Shown here piece by piece: positions 7,801 to 15,870 of a stretch of DNA of 20,307 nt. Source of the stretch: Thermoproteota archaeon. GTDB taxonomy: Archaea; Thermoproteota; EX4484-205; JAAOZP01. Location of the stretch: assembly GCA_049700215.1 (NCBI GenBank), contig JBNAVT010000032.1, forward strand, positions 1-20,307, written 5' to 3'. Within the stretch, counting starts at the first letter, position 1; each line of letters opens with the position of its first letter. A program made the position numbers and the translations under genes. A model generated the notes under the pieces. The model was not told where the DNA came from, ran no database searches, and saw nothing but the letters and a program-made list of their open reading frames with translations.

Positions 7801-8802
7801 CTAGTCTTTAAGCGGGAGGGAAACCGGCTTGCCGCTTCTAGAGGACTCGTATGCTGCCAGCGCCACTTCCAAAGCCTGCCTCCCATCGTGCCCTGTGGCC
7901 CTTGGCACGCCGTCTGTCTCGACGACGTGCACGAAGTCGAGAATCATGTTTTTATCAGCGTCCGGCCCATAATACTGGTGGGTTAACGGGGAGCCGGATT
8001 CAACGAGTGAAACATTAGACCTGAACGCGTCTAAAACCAGGTAGCCTTTTTCACCGAAAACCCCCATGTACACGTCTCCCCAGACTGGGTAGGTGTCTGG
8101 CCTAGACCAGCTGCAGTCTATGCTCACCTTAACCCCCATCCTAGTTTCACACATGATGAGAGCATTATCCTCCACCTTAAGCTCCCTCCTGATGTTTCTC
8201 CCAATGCGGCAGAACACTCTTGAAAACTCGTCCCCAGTATACCATCTAGCCAGGTCTGCCACGTGCACAGTGTGATCCATTATGGCTCCTCCCCCCGCGA
8301 GCACCGGGTCTCCAAACCATAGGTCCGGGTACTTCCCGTGGTTAGTCGCGGTTATCGCTATGACTCTGCCCAGGACTCCTGAAAGAATCGTCTCCCGAGC
8401 CTTGACGGCTGAGTCGTGATACCTCATTACGAACGCTACTTGAAGCTTAACACTGTTCTTCCCCGCTCTCGACACTATTTCATCAGCGTCCCGAAGGGTT
8501 GTTGCAATAGGTTTCTCGACAATAATGTGTTTCCCAGCTTCAGCAGCGGCCAATGCGAGCACACGGTGCTTCGAGTTTTCAGAAGTTATTACCACCGCGT
8601 CAACTTCCTCTGCCTGGAGAAGTTTCTCAACGTCGCCGTAAAGCCTCTTAACACCGTAGGTTTCACCCGCTATCTTAAGCCTTTCAGGAGAATCATCGTA
8701 AATCGCCACCAGCTCCGTGTCCGGGTGCCCCCTCAAGACTCTAGCGTAGCTCCAGGCATGTATGTGCGCGAAAGACAGTATGGCGAACCTGGTTCTACCC
8801 AA
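7801..8802 (-). CDS. Gfo/Idh/MocA family oxidoreductase with non-canonical SFAHxH dinucleotide-binding loop
   Basis: Has VEKPIA, GGGAIMDHTVHVAD (DxxxH) and VEDNA. The N-terminus reads AILSFAHIHA instead of GxGxxG. It overlaps the upstream gene by 8 nt. Confidence 0.92.
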   Translation of the reverse strand: MGRTRFAILSFAHIHAWSYARVLRGHPDTELVAIYDDSPERLKIAGETYGVKRLYGDVEKLLQAEEVDAVVITSENSKHRVLALAAAEAGKHIIVEKPIATTLRDADEIVSRAGKNSVKLQVAFVMRYHDSAVKARETILSGVLGRVIAITATNHGKYPDLWFGDPVLAGGGAIMDHTVHVADLARWYTGDEFSRVFCRIGRNIRRELKVEDNALIMCETRMGVKVSIDCSWSRPDTYPVWGDVYMGVFGEKGYLVLDAFRSNVSLVESGSPLTHQYYGPDADKNMILDFVHVVETDGVPRATGHDGRQALEVALAAYESSRSGKPVSLPLKD

Positions 8803-9820
8803 TCACATCAGCCTCCAGCGGAAGCTTCACAGGCTCCCCTGTCAAGACTGATTTTAAGGCTGCGAGAACAACCTCCAGCGTCCTGAGACCCTCCTCGCCG
8901 CTCACCGGGGGAGGAGTATCGTTAACCACGGAGTCTGCGAAAGCCTGCAGCTCAAGATAGTAACCATCCTTGTCGAACGGGGTGAACCTTTCAACCCTCC
9001 CCCTCCTGTGAAGCGAGACAGTTGCGGTAGACTGGTTGTCAACATGCAGTATCCCCTTCGTTCCGGCGACCTCTAGGAAAGTCGTGAAAGGATAGTCTTC
9101 AGGCATTATCCAGCTGCCCTCGACATACGCTATTGCACCGCTCCTGAATTTCAACAGGGCGTGAGTATAGTCGTGCGAGGAAGCGTTTCTCCTAACGTAT
9201 GTTCCACCCTGGGCGTAAACCTCTTCAACCTCGCCCAGCGACCATCTCAGGAAGTCGACGTCGTGTATACTCATGTCGACGAAAACCCCTCCCCCCTTCT
9301 CTAAATAGTCGTGCCAGTTTTCCCAGGCCCAGCTTGGAAAGGCTGACTGCCTGTAGGCTCTCGCTACCGAAGGCTCCCCTATCGCCCCCTCGCTTATCAG
9401 CCTCTTAGCCAACGCGTATTCACCCCAAAACCTGAGCACGTGCGCAACCATAAGCTTAAGACCGCTGTCCCCTGCTTTTCGAATCATCTCCCTAGCGTCG
9501 GATAGTTTTAGAGAAATCGGTTTTTCAACAATAACGTGCTTACCGTGCTCAAAGCATCTGAGAACAATATCCTTATGCGTGTAGGTCGGTGTGCACACGT
9601 CCACAATATCAACAGCGTCGAGGCTAAGGAAACGGTCAAGATCCTGCCCCCACTCCGGAAAGCCGTATGCTTCCTTGAAAAACTTAGCCCGCTCCTCCTC
9701 AAGGTCGACGCAGCCGACGAGCCTCGCCCCCGCTATCCGCCTCCATCTCTCAGCGTGCGTGAAGCCTATGAAGCCGCATCCAACCAGGCAGACGCCGATT
9801 CCCCTGCTGCTCGTTTCCAG
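8795..9820 (-). CDS. Gfo/Idh/MocA family oxidoreductase (341 aa; probable CTG start, longer than the ORF-track call)
   Basis: The frame stays open upstream of 9604 and encodes ETSSRGIGVCLVGCGFIGFTHAERW...VGCVD (Rossmann GxGxxG), then DVCTPT, VEKPIS and GGGVFVDMSIHDVD. There is no in-frame ATG/GTG/TTG before the upstream stop. CTG 9818-9820 follows the SD-like GGGGGTG (9828-9834) by 7 nt. Confidence 0.9.
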   Translation of the reverse strand: METSSRGIGVCLVGCGFIGFTHAERWRRIAGARLVGCVDLEEERAKFFKEAYGFPEWGQDLDRFLSLDAVDIVDVCTPTYTHKDIVLRCFEHGKHVIVEKPISLKLSDAREMIRKAGDSGLKLMVAHVLRFWGEYALAKRLISEGAIGEPSVARAYRQSAFPSWAWENWHDYLEKGGGVFVDMSIHDVDFLRWSLGEVEEVYAQGGTYVRRNASSHDYTHALLKFRSGAIAYVEGSWIMPEDYPFTTFLEVAGTKGILHVDNQSTATVSLHRRGRVERFTPFDKDGYYLELQAFADSVVNDTPPPVSGEEGLRTLEVVLAALKSVLTGEPVKLPLEADVIG

Positions 9821-9839
9821 CCGGCAACACCCCCGTCTG

Positions 9840-10877
9840 CTAAACGTTTTCCTCCTTCCCGGTGCTTGCAGACCTGTAGATGGCGTCTATCAGCCTCATC
9901 ACGGTGACACCGTGTTCAGGCAGGGGTCCCGGGCTAGTGTTCCGCTTCACGCACTCGACGAAATGCTTCATCTCCTCCAGGTAGACGTTTGCCTCCGGGC
10001 ATTCTATTCCAGTCTCAACCCACTTGCCGTCGACCTCAGTGAATTTAGAGGGCGGCGTTAGAGAGGCCCCGGCCTTGTCTCCAGACAGTATGATGTTGAA
10101 AGTATCCTCCTTAGTGTAGAGCGCCCAGCTTGTCTCCAGATACATGACTCCACCCCCCTCCATCTTTATCAGCGCGACTGCAAGATCCTCAACGTCGAAA
10201 GGCCCTCCGGGCTCAGGTATCCCCCATCCTCCTAGACACTTGTTCTGCGTCCCCAGCTTTGAGAAAGTATACCCTTTTGCCGAAACCGGTTTCGGGAATC
10301 CTTGCAGCCAGAGGGCGAGATCCAGGACGTGCGGCCCAAGGTCTATCAGCGGGCCCCCGCCTGAAAAAGCCCTGGTTGTGAACCAGCTGCCCATTCCCGG
10401 TATGCCAGCCCTCCTCAGAAGGGTTATCTTGGTGAAGTAAACATTGCCGAGCTCGCCCCCGAGAACCATGCTCCTAATCGCCTTAGAGTCGTTTCTGAAC
10501 CTCTGGCACATGCCGAGCATGAGTATTTTCCCAGACCTGTTCTTCGCCTCAACCATTTTCTCAGCCTCGCCCGCGTTAATAGCCATGGGTTTCTCGCAGA
10601 AAACGTGTACACCCCTGTTTAACGCGTCTATAGTCATCCTGGCGTGCAGATAGTTTGGTGTAGCCACGACCACAGCGTCCGGCTGCTCCCTGTCAAACAT
10701 CTCAAGATAATCCTCGTAAACCTTCTCCACACCATGCTCCTCAGCAAGCTCCCTTGCTCTCTCAAGCTTTACGTCGACTATTGCGGAGAGCTCAGCCTCC
10801 TCGATAGACTTTAAACTGTAAGCATGCACTCTCCCTATGCATCCCGCCCCTATAAGCCCGATCCTCAGCCTGCTCAT
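9840..10877 (-). CDS. Gfo/Idh/MocA oxidoreductase, YcjS-like (D-glucoside 3-dehydrogenase-like)
   Basis: Has IGAGCIG and CEKPMA. LRRAGIPGMGSWFT..SGGGPLIDLGPHVLD..GFP..F.KLGTQ..DVED..LETSWAL closely follows E. coli YcjS as I recall it. ATG 10877 is favoured by the TATA-like box at ~10897-10905. Confidence 0.9.
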   Translation of the reverse strand: MSRLRIGLIGAGCIGRVHAYSLKSIEEAELSAIVDVKLERARELAEEHGVEKVYEDYLEMFDREQPDAVVVATPNYLHARMTIDALNRGVHVFCEKPMAINAGEAEKMVEAKNRSGKILMLGMCQRFRNDSKAIRSMVLGGELGNVYFTKITLLRRAGIPGMGSWFTTRAFSGGGPLIDLGPHVLDLALWLQGFPKPVSAKGYTFSKLGTQNKCLGGWGIPEPGGPFDVEDLAVALIKMEGGGVMYLETSWALYTKEDTFNIILSGDKAGASLTPPSKFTEVDGKWVETGIECPEANVYLEEMKHFVECVKRNTSPGPLPEHGVTVMRLIDAIYRSASTGKEENV

Positions 10878-11043
10878 ACAGTTAGGCATCCGCAAGATAT
10901 ATTTATGGATTATCTTGACGCTTGCGCATTCTGATTATGGACGGCATGCCTAGGCGTGTTTCCGCAATCGTCTGAATACTCAGCCTGCTCACGGGACTCG
11001 GGGGCAAACTATTTAAACAGTTGGAGGAACCCTCTAGCCTAGC

Positions 11044-11631
11044 ATGAGGATTCACAGGCTGCTGGGGTTTTTAAGCGCTTTAGCAGCATACCCCTTCATA
11101 GCTGCTTCAATAATGCTGTCGCCGTGGTTCAACCCGTATAACAATGCTTTAAGCGACCTCGGGAATATTGCTCGAAACGGCTGGGTCGCCCACCTTTATA
11201 ATCTCGGTCTGGTTTCCTCAGGTTTTCTCGCAGCGTTTTTCGGCGCGTTAACATCGATGAGATGCCGCTCATGGAAGTATCTCTGCTGGTCCATCCTGCT
11301 TACGATAGCCGGCTTCGACCTTGCGCTCATCGGCTTCTTCCCGGAGGACGCTGGGAGAATCCACGGGTTAGTGTCAACAATATTCTTCGTAACAATAATC
11401 CTTGTGATGCTTGCCTACGGCTTCTGCTCAAAACACCTGGGTTCGCCGGAGACGGGTTCAGCCGCCCTCCTACTCGGCTTCGCCTCAATAATCGTCTGGA
11501 TGGTTGAATGGCCATGGCGGGGTGTCGCCATACAGGAGACTGTTGCCTCACTAGCAGCCTCCGCGTGGCTGATAATGGTTTCGCTACGGGTTTTCAAGCA
11601 GGATGAGAAACCCGTTAAACCAGAACGTTAG
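11044..11631 (+). CDS. DUF998 family integral membrane protein
   Basis: SPWFNPYNNALSDLG and IGFFPED..IH motifs, about six hydrophobic segments. AAACTATTTAAA lies ~25 nt upstream of the ATG. It overlaps the convergent GH1 stop by 17 nt. Confidence 0.8.
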   Translation: MRIHRLLGFLSALAAYPFIAASIMLSPWFNPYNNALSDLGNIARNGWVAHLYNLGLVSSGFLAAFFGALTSMRCRSWKYLCWSILLTIAGFDLALIGFFPEDAGRIHGLVSTIFFVTIILVMLAYGFCSKHLGSPETGSAALLLGFASIIVWMVEWPWRGVAIQETVASLAASAWLIMVSLRVFKQDEKPVKPER

Positions 11632-13105
11632 GGTATTGAGCGTATTCAGAAAGGTACTCGGGTATCGCGTTGCTCTCGACGATGTCGCGGTAAACATAGG
11701 CGCTCGGCCTAGGGTACCTCATCTTAGTATTCATGTCCACGTATATAAGGCCGAATCTCTTGCTGAAGCCTGAAGCCCACTCCAGGTTGTCTATCAGGCT
11801 CCAGTGCAGGTAGCCGGCCACGTTTAAACCATCCTCCCTAATGGCTTTCAAAAGATTGTGAAGATGGGAGACGATGAACCATGTCCTGTGTCTGTCTCTA
11901 GAGTCCGCAACACCGTTCTCCCCGACTATAAGCGGCTTCCCATACTCCCTGTAGATGCTTAAAGCCCTCCTTATTCCTTCAGGATATATCTCCCAACCTG
12001 TTTCTGTAGTGGGTCTTCCAGCTGCAGACCTCGAATCCGGCTGGCAGGCGAACCCGTAATTACTCTCAGCCTTAAAGTAAGGAGGATTATCAGTATGCTT
12101 GACAACGTTCCTCGTATAATAGTTGACCCCTATCCAGTCAACCCTGTTCTCCAAATCCCTCCTTTTAACCTCTTCCCCCATTGCCAAGCCTCTTTTTAAA
12201 ACTCCGTCAACCACTGCTCTGAAAAACCATTTCGTCGAATACTCGTCGCATGCTTCAGCAGCCTTCCTGTCCTCGTCCGAGTCTGTAAGTGGTTCCGCAG
12301 GGCTCGTAGCATAGATTACCCCGACCCTCGCCTTTCTTCCAACAATCCTTTTTATCTGGTCGTATGCTCTAGCATGCGCCTGAACAAGGTTGAAAGAAAC
12401 TCTGGCAGACGCGTTCACATCCATCAAGCCGGGTGGGAAACTGCCGCCTAAGTATCCTACGCTCCACGTGACGTTCGGCTCGTTCAACGTGCTCCACATG
12501 TCCACGGTGTCGTGGAACTTCCAGGCTATGTAGGCTGCGAACTTTGCGAATTCAACTACCGTATCCTCGTCAAACCATCCCCTCGGCCCTTCTTTAAGGC
12601 CAGTATTCCTCGTCACTATAGGATTGTGGATCCATGTTGGAAGCGGCCAATGATAGAGGTTTAGTATCAGCTTCATCCCCCTCTCCTTCAAGTCCCGGAA
12701 AATCTTCCCGTAGTGTTTAACCGCCTGCTTGTTAGCGAGAGCATCCAGCTTTCTAAGGCTTTGCTCAGTGACCTCCACGTCTCTTACTCCCTCGCCGTCT
12801 GAATCCACTGAAACCTTGACTTCGCGAGTAGGCCTGGGGAAAATCCTGCTCCACTCCGGGTTTGTGCGCCAAGTGTTCAGACCCATCCATTCAGCCCAGC
12901 CGTGGTCAATCTTGTAGAGGTCCCAGTAGCCGGGCCCGTTCTCAGGCAGGTCTCCGCTTACAATCTTAGACTCTATGTTTTTCTCGTCGTGGAGCCAGAC
13001 ATACCAGTCACTGTTCGGGTCAACAGACTCTTTAGAACCGCCCATTTCGTATTGGAAGGCAGCCATGGATATTCCCCACATGAATCTTTTCGGGAACCCG
13101 TTCAT
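11615..13105 (-). CDS. Glycoside hydrolase family 1 beta-glycosidase (archaeal LacS/CelB/BgaS-like)
   Basis: FQYEMG, SGDLPENGPGYW, EWSRIFP, LYHWPLP, TLNEP (acid/base), IGVNYY, IVGENG (nucleophile) and WSLIDNLEWASGF. ATG 13105 lies ~25 nt downstream of the TTTTATAA box (13130-13137). Confidence 0.96.
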   Translation of the reverse strand: MNGFPKRFMWGISMAAFQYEMGGSKESVDPNSDWYVWLHDEKNIESKIVSGDLPENGPGYWDLYKIDHGWAEWMGLNTWRTNPEWSRIFPRPTREVKVSVDSDGEGVRDVEVTEQSLRKLDALANKQAVKHYGKIFRDLKERGMKLILNLYHWPLPTWIHNPIVTRNTGLKEGPRGWFDEDTVVEFAKFAAYIAWKFHDTVDMWSTLNEPNVTWSVGYLGGSFPPGLMDVNASARVSFNLVQAHARAYDQIKRIVGRKARVGVIYATSPAEPLTDSDEDRKAAEACDEYSTKWFFRAVVDGVLKRGLAMGEEVKRRDLENRVDWIGVNYYTRNVVKHTDNPPYFKAESNYGFACQPDSRSAAGRPTTETGWEIYPEGIRRALSIYREYGKPLIVGENGVADSRDRHRTWFIVSHLHNLLKAIREDGLNVAGYLHWSLIDNLEWASGFSKRFGLIYVDMNTKMRYPRPSAYVYRDIVESNAIPEYLSEYAQYPNVLV

Positions 13106-13296
13106 CTCGAAGACTCTAATGCCTTTCAATTATAAAAGTTTATTGGTGTGTCGACAACCAGTTTCCAACAGTCGAGTTTTCCAGATGCTTGAAAAGAATA
13201 AGGGAAACGCTCCGGGAAACAAGGTCTGTAAAGCAGCTCCGCAAATACTTTTGAAACGCGATAACTCTTATATGCGGGGGTTGCGTAGGCTCCGTC
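13106..13296. promoter_or_regulatory. Divergent promoters of GH1 and Zn-dehydrogenase
   Basis: AAACTTTTATAA on the minus strand (13130-13141) and AACTCTTATAT on the plus strand (13263-13273), each ~24 nt from an ATG, consistent with leaderless archaeal promoters. Confidence 0.65.
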
Positions 13297-14319
13297 ATGA
13301 AGGCCGCATGCCTGTTCGGAGTAGGAGACTTAAGGGTGGTTGAGAAGGATGCTCCAAAGATATCTGAAGACGAGGTTCTCATAGAGGTTGGCGCCTGCGG
13401 AATATGCGGCACCGACCTGCATTTCTACAAGGGAGAGTGGAGGGTTAACCCGCCCCTGGTCCTGGGACACGAGTTCTCAGGCACTGTTGTTCAAACAGGC
13501 TCTCGAGTAAGCACTATTAGAACAGGGGACCGTGTTGTCGCGGAGCCGAACATCCTGTGCGGGAAATGCAAATACTGCAGGATGAGCGAGAGAAACTTTT
13601 TCTGCGAAAACATTCAGGCAATAGGTGTTACAGTCGACGGCGCCTTCGCCGAGTATGTTAAGGCTCCTGAGAGAAACGTGTACAGGGTTCCAAGCTGGAT
13701 AACGCTGGAGGAAGCTGCCTTAATCGAGCCCTTAGCATGCATAATCAGGGGGCTTGACAACGTTAAGATCCCGGTGGCGAGCAGCGTTGCGATCGTCGGA
13801 GCCGGGCCGATTGGCCTGCTCATGATTCAAATGGTTAAACACTATGGTGCGGCGCGCATTATTGCTTTAGACGTCGTCGAGGAGAGGCTTAGGCTTGCGG
13901 AGGAGCTTGGAGCAACCCGCGTGGTGAACATTGGGAAAGAGGCTCCTGAGAAGGCTGTTCTGGAAGCCACTGAAGGAATGGGGGCTGATGTTTCAATCGA
14001 GTGTGTCGGAAGCTCCACGGCAGTAGACGAGGCGTTTAGACTAACCAGGAGAGGAGGTAGGCTGCTAATATTCGGCGTTGCTCCGGAGAACGATGTCTGG
14101 CATGTTAAACCGTTCGAAATCTACGATAAGGAAATATCCATATTCGCCTCCTACCGTAGCCCATATACTTTTCAAAGGGCTGTTAACATCGCGTCCTCAG
14201 GGAGTCTGAAGCTTAAGCCATTAATATCTCATATCCACAGGCTTGACGAGATAGGTGAGGTTTTCAACGGCCTGGCTAGTCGGAGGAAGCAGGCGGTAAA
14301 GGTTCTGATAAAACCCTGA
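13297..14319 (+). CDS. Zinc-dependent medium-chain dehydrogenase (sorbitol/threonine/sugar-alcohol dehydrogenase-like)
   Basis: CGICGTD and GHE catalytic Zn ligands, structural Zn motif CGKCKYC..C, EPLAC, and GAGPIG with acidic D after beta-2 (NAD preference). Confidence 0.93.
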   Translation: MKAACLFGVGDLRVVEKDAPKISEDEVLIEVGACGICGTDLHFYKGEWRVNPPLVLGHEFSGTVVQTGSRVSTIRTGDRVVAEPNILCGKCKYCRMSERNFFCENIQAIGVTVDGAFAEYVKAPERNVYRVPSWITLEEAALIEPLACIIRGLDNVKIPVASSVAIVGAGPIGLLMIQMVKHYGAARIIALDVVEERLRLAEELGATRVVNIGKEAPEKAVLEATEGMGADVSIECVGSSTAVDEAFRLTRRGGRLLIFGVAPENDVWHVKPFEIYDKEISIFASYRSPYTFQRAVNIASSGSLKLKPLISHIHRLDEIGEVFNGLASRRKQAVKVLIKP

Positions 14320-14336
14320 GCCCGGGTGAAAATGCC

Positions 14337-15476
14337 CTAGCTCGTCGAGCCTGGTTGGGGGCTAGTGCCGCTGGGTTCTGAGCCTTGCTGCCCGCTTTGC
14401 TTTAAGCCTTCGAACCTGACGTACATGGGGGATAGGATTTTAATTCCCCGTTTACTGAACACATCCAATATGTTTTTATGCAGGTTCGAATATATTTCAA
14501 CCATTCTATTCGGCTTATCCGTGAAAGCGTTAAGCTCGTAGGTTACGTAATACTGGTCTAGCGACCTTATTAGGACAAACGGCTTACGACCCTCCTTGAC
14601 TACCCCCCAAGTCATGTTAGCCGCTTCAAGCAACGCTTCCTCCGCGATGCGCCTGTCAACATCGTAGCCCAGCGTGACGTTCGTGTGGAGAATAACCATG
14701 GGCAGCCCGCTGTAATTAATTATCCTGTTTCCAATCACCTGAAGGTTGGAAACATGTATGATCTCGTCTTTAATAGTCCTGATCTTCACGTATGTCAACG
14801 TTACTTCCAACACGTCGCCGAAAACACCCCCGCCTACTTCAACCCTGTCCCCCTCCTTGAACGGTCTCCAGGACATTAACAGTAATCCTGCCAAAAGGTT
14901 TCCGACGCTGCCTGTTGCGGCAAAGGAGACCGCGATACCGATGAGCACGGAGAATATTGTAACAACCGTGCCTGCTATCTCTGGAAGACCTATTGCGGAG
15001 AGAACAACCTGGATAAGTATTACGGTCACGATCGCGTAAATAAGGAACTTCACAGCAATACTTGTTATGTTCAGTATTCTAACATCTAGGCGTGCATAGG
15101 TTTTGAAGCTCTCGAAGAACACGTTGGCCAGCTTGATCAGAATCCAGCCTACCAGCAGGATCCCGATTATGAGTGCGATAACATGTCCCTTGGCTGTAAT
15201 GAAATCCCTAGTTACTCGTATTAATTCTTCACCGTAGCCCAGTGGAATGAGAACAATGATGAAGAACAGGATGAGCAGAGACAAGTATAAGCCTGTTCTT
15301 AAAAGCAAGTATAAAGCGTTTAGAAACTGTTTCCTCTCCGCCTCCTTCTCCATCCTCCTGTAGAAATACCTGCGCATCCATCTGGAAACAGCGTATCCTG
15401 AAACAGCTATGGCCACCGCGATCACAACGTCGACTAATATGGAGACCGTTTGCGCATCGGGGAGGCTGAGGAACAT
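14337..15476 (-). CDS. mscS: Small-conductance mechanosensitive channel family protein
   Basis: Several N-terminal TM helices, then GIAVSFAA..VGNLLAG, RPFKEGDRV, G.V.EV.L.Y.KIRT and IINYS. Confidence 0.92.
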   Translation of the reverse strand: MFLSLPDAQTVSILVDVVIAVAIAVSGYAVSRWMRRYFYRRMEKEAERKQFLNALYLLLRTGLYLSLLILFFIIVLIPLGYGEELIRVTRDFITAKGHVIALIIGILLVGWILIKLANVFFESFKTYARLDVRILNITSIAVKFLIYAIVTVILIQVVLSAIGLPEIAGTVVTIFSVLIGIAVSFAATGSVGNLLAGLLLMSWRPFKEGDRVEVGGGVFGDVLEVTLTYVKIRTIKDEIIHVSNLQVIGNRIINYSGLPMVILHTNVTLGYDVDRRIAEEALLEAANMTWGVVKEGRKPFVLIRSLDQYYVTYELNAFTDKPNRMVEIYSNLHKNILDVFSKRGIKILSPMYVRFEGLKQSGQQGSEPSGTSPQPGSTS

Positions 15477-15870
15477 CTTGTTTTCTCCTCAAGTATTGTT
15501 TTTCACGAGTTTTCCACGTTGTTCAGAGACCCAACCAAACCATGCATGGGTCTCGAATAGTTTTCCATTCTATTTCTAATCATCTTTTCGCCTGCATGAC
15601 TGAGGAAAAGATTATTTAAAGATAACGACGCCTCAATTTACGACTGTAAATAACTCGCGGGGGACCGTGTTTAAACCCATAAAATCATTCGTTTAACGCT
15701 CGATTAGACAGTTTAGGAAAGTCGTAAAGCAGGAGTATGGGGTCAGACGCCGCGCGCGCCTAATCGTTAACAGCTGAGACCCCTGTGCCCGTTGAGCTTT
15801 CGAACAAGGTGGAAAGCGTCCTGAGAGTAAGCAATGAAAAACTTTTATTTTAAAAACCAGTGTAAGTATC

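Noticed and set aside
9640-9660. Suspected frameshift in the G-run of the second Gfo gene explaining its short ORF
   Set aside because: Recounting gives five Gs (TGG GGG CAG), so the frame is continuous. The short call results from the lack of a standard start codon.
12902-13412. ORFs 12902..13135, 12975..13343 and 13140..13412 spanning the GH1-dehydrogenase gap
   Set aside because: They overlap well-supported genes and their promoters and have no protein-like motifs.
15630-15830. Possible RNA gene in the mscS-dehydrogenase gap (9-bp inverted repeat TTTACGACT/AGTCGTAAA at 15637 and 15720)
   Set aside because: No tRNA cloverleaf, no SRP or RNase P motifs and no well-spaced C/D boxes. One short inverted repeat is insufficient.
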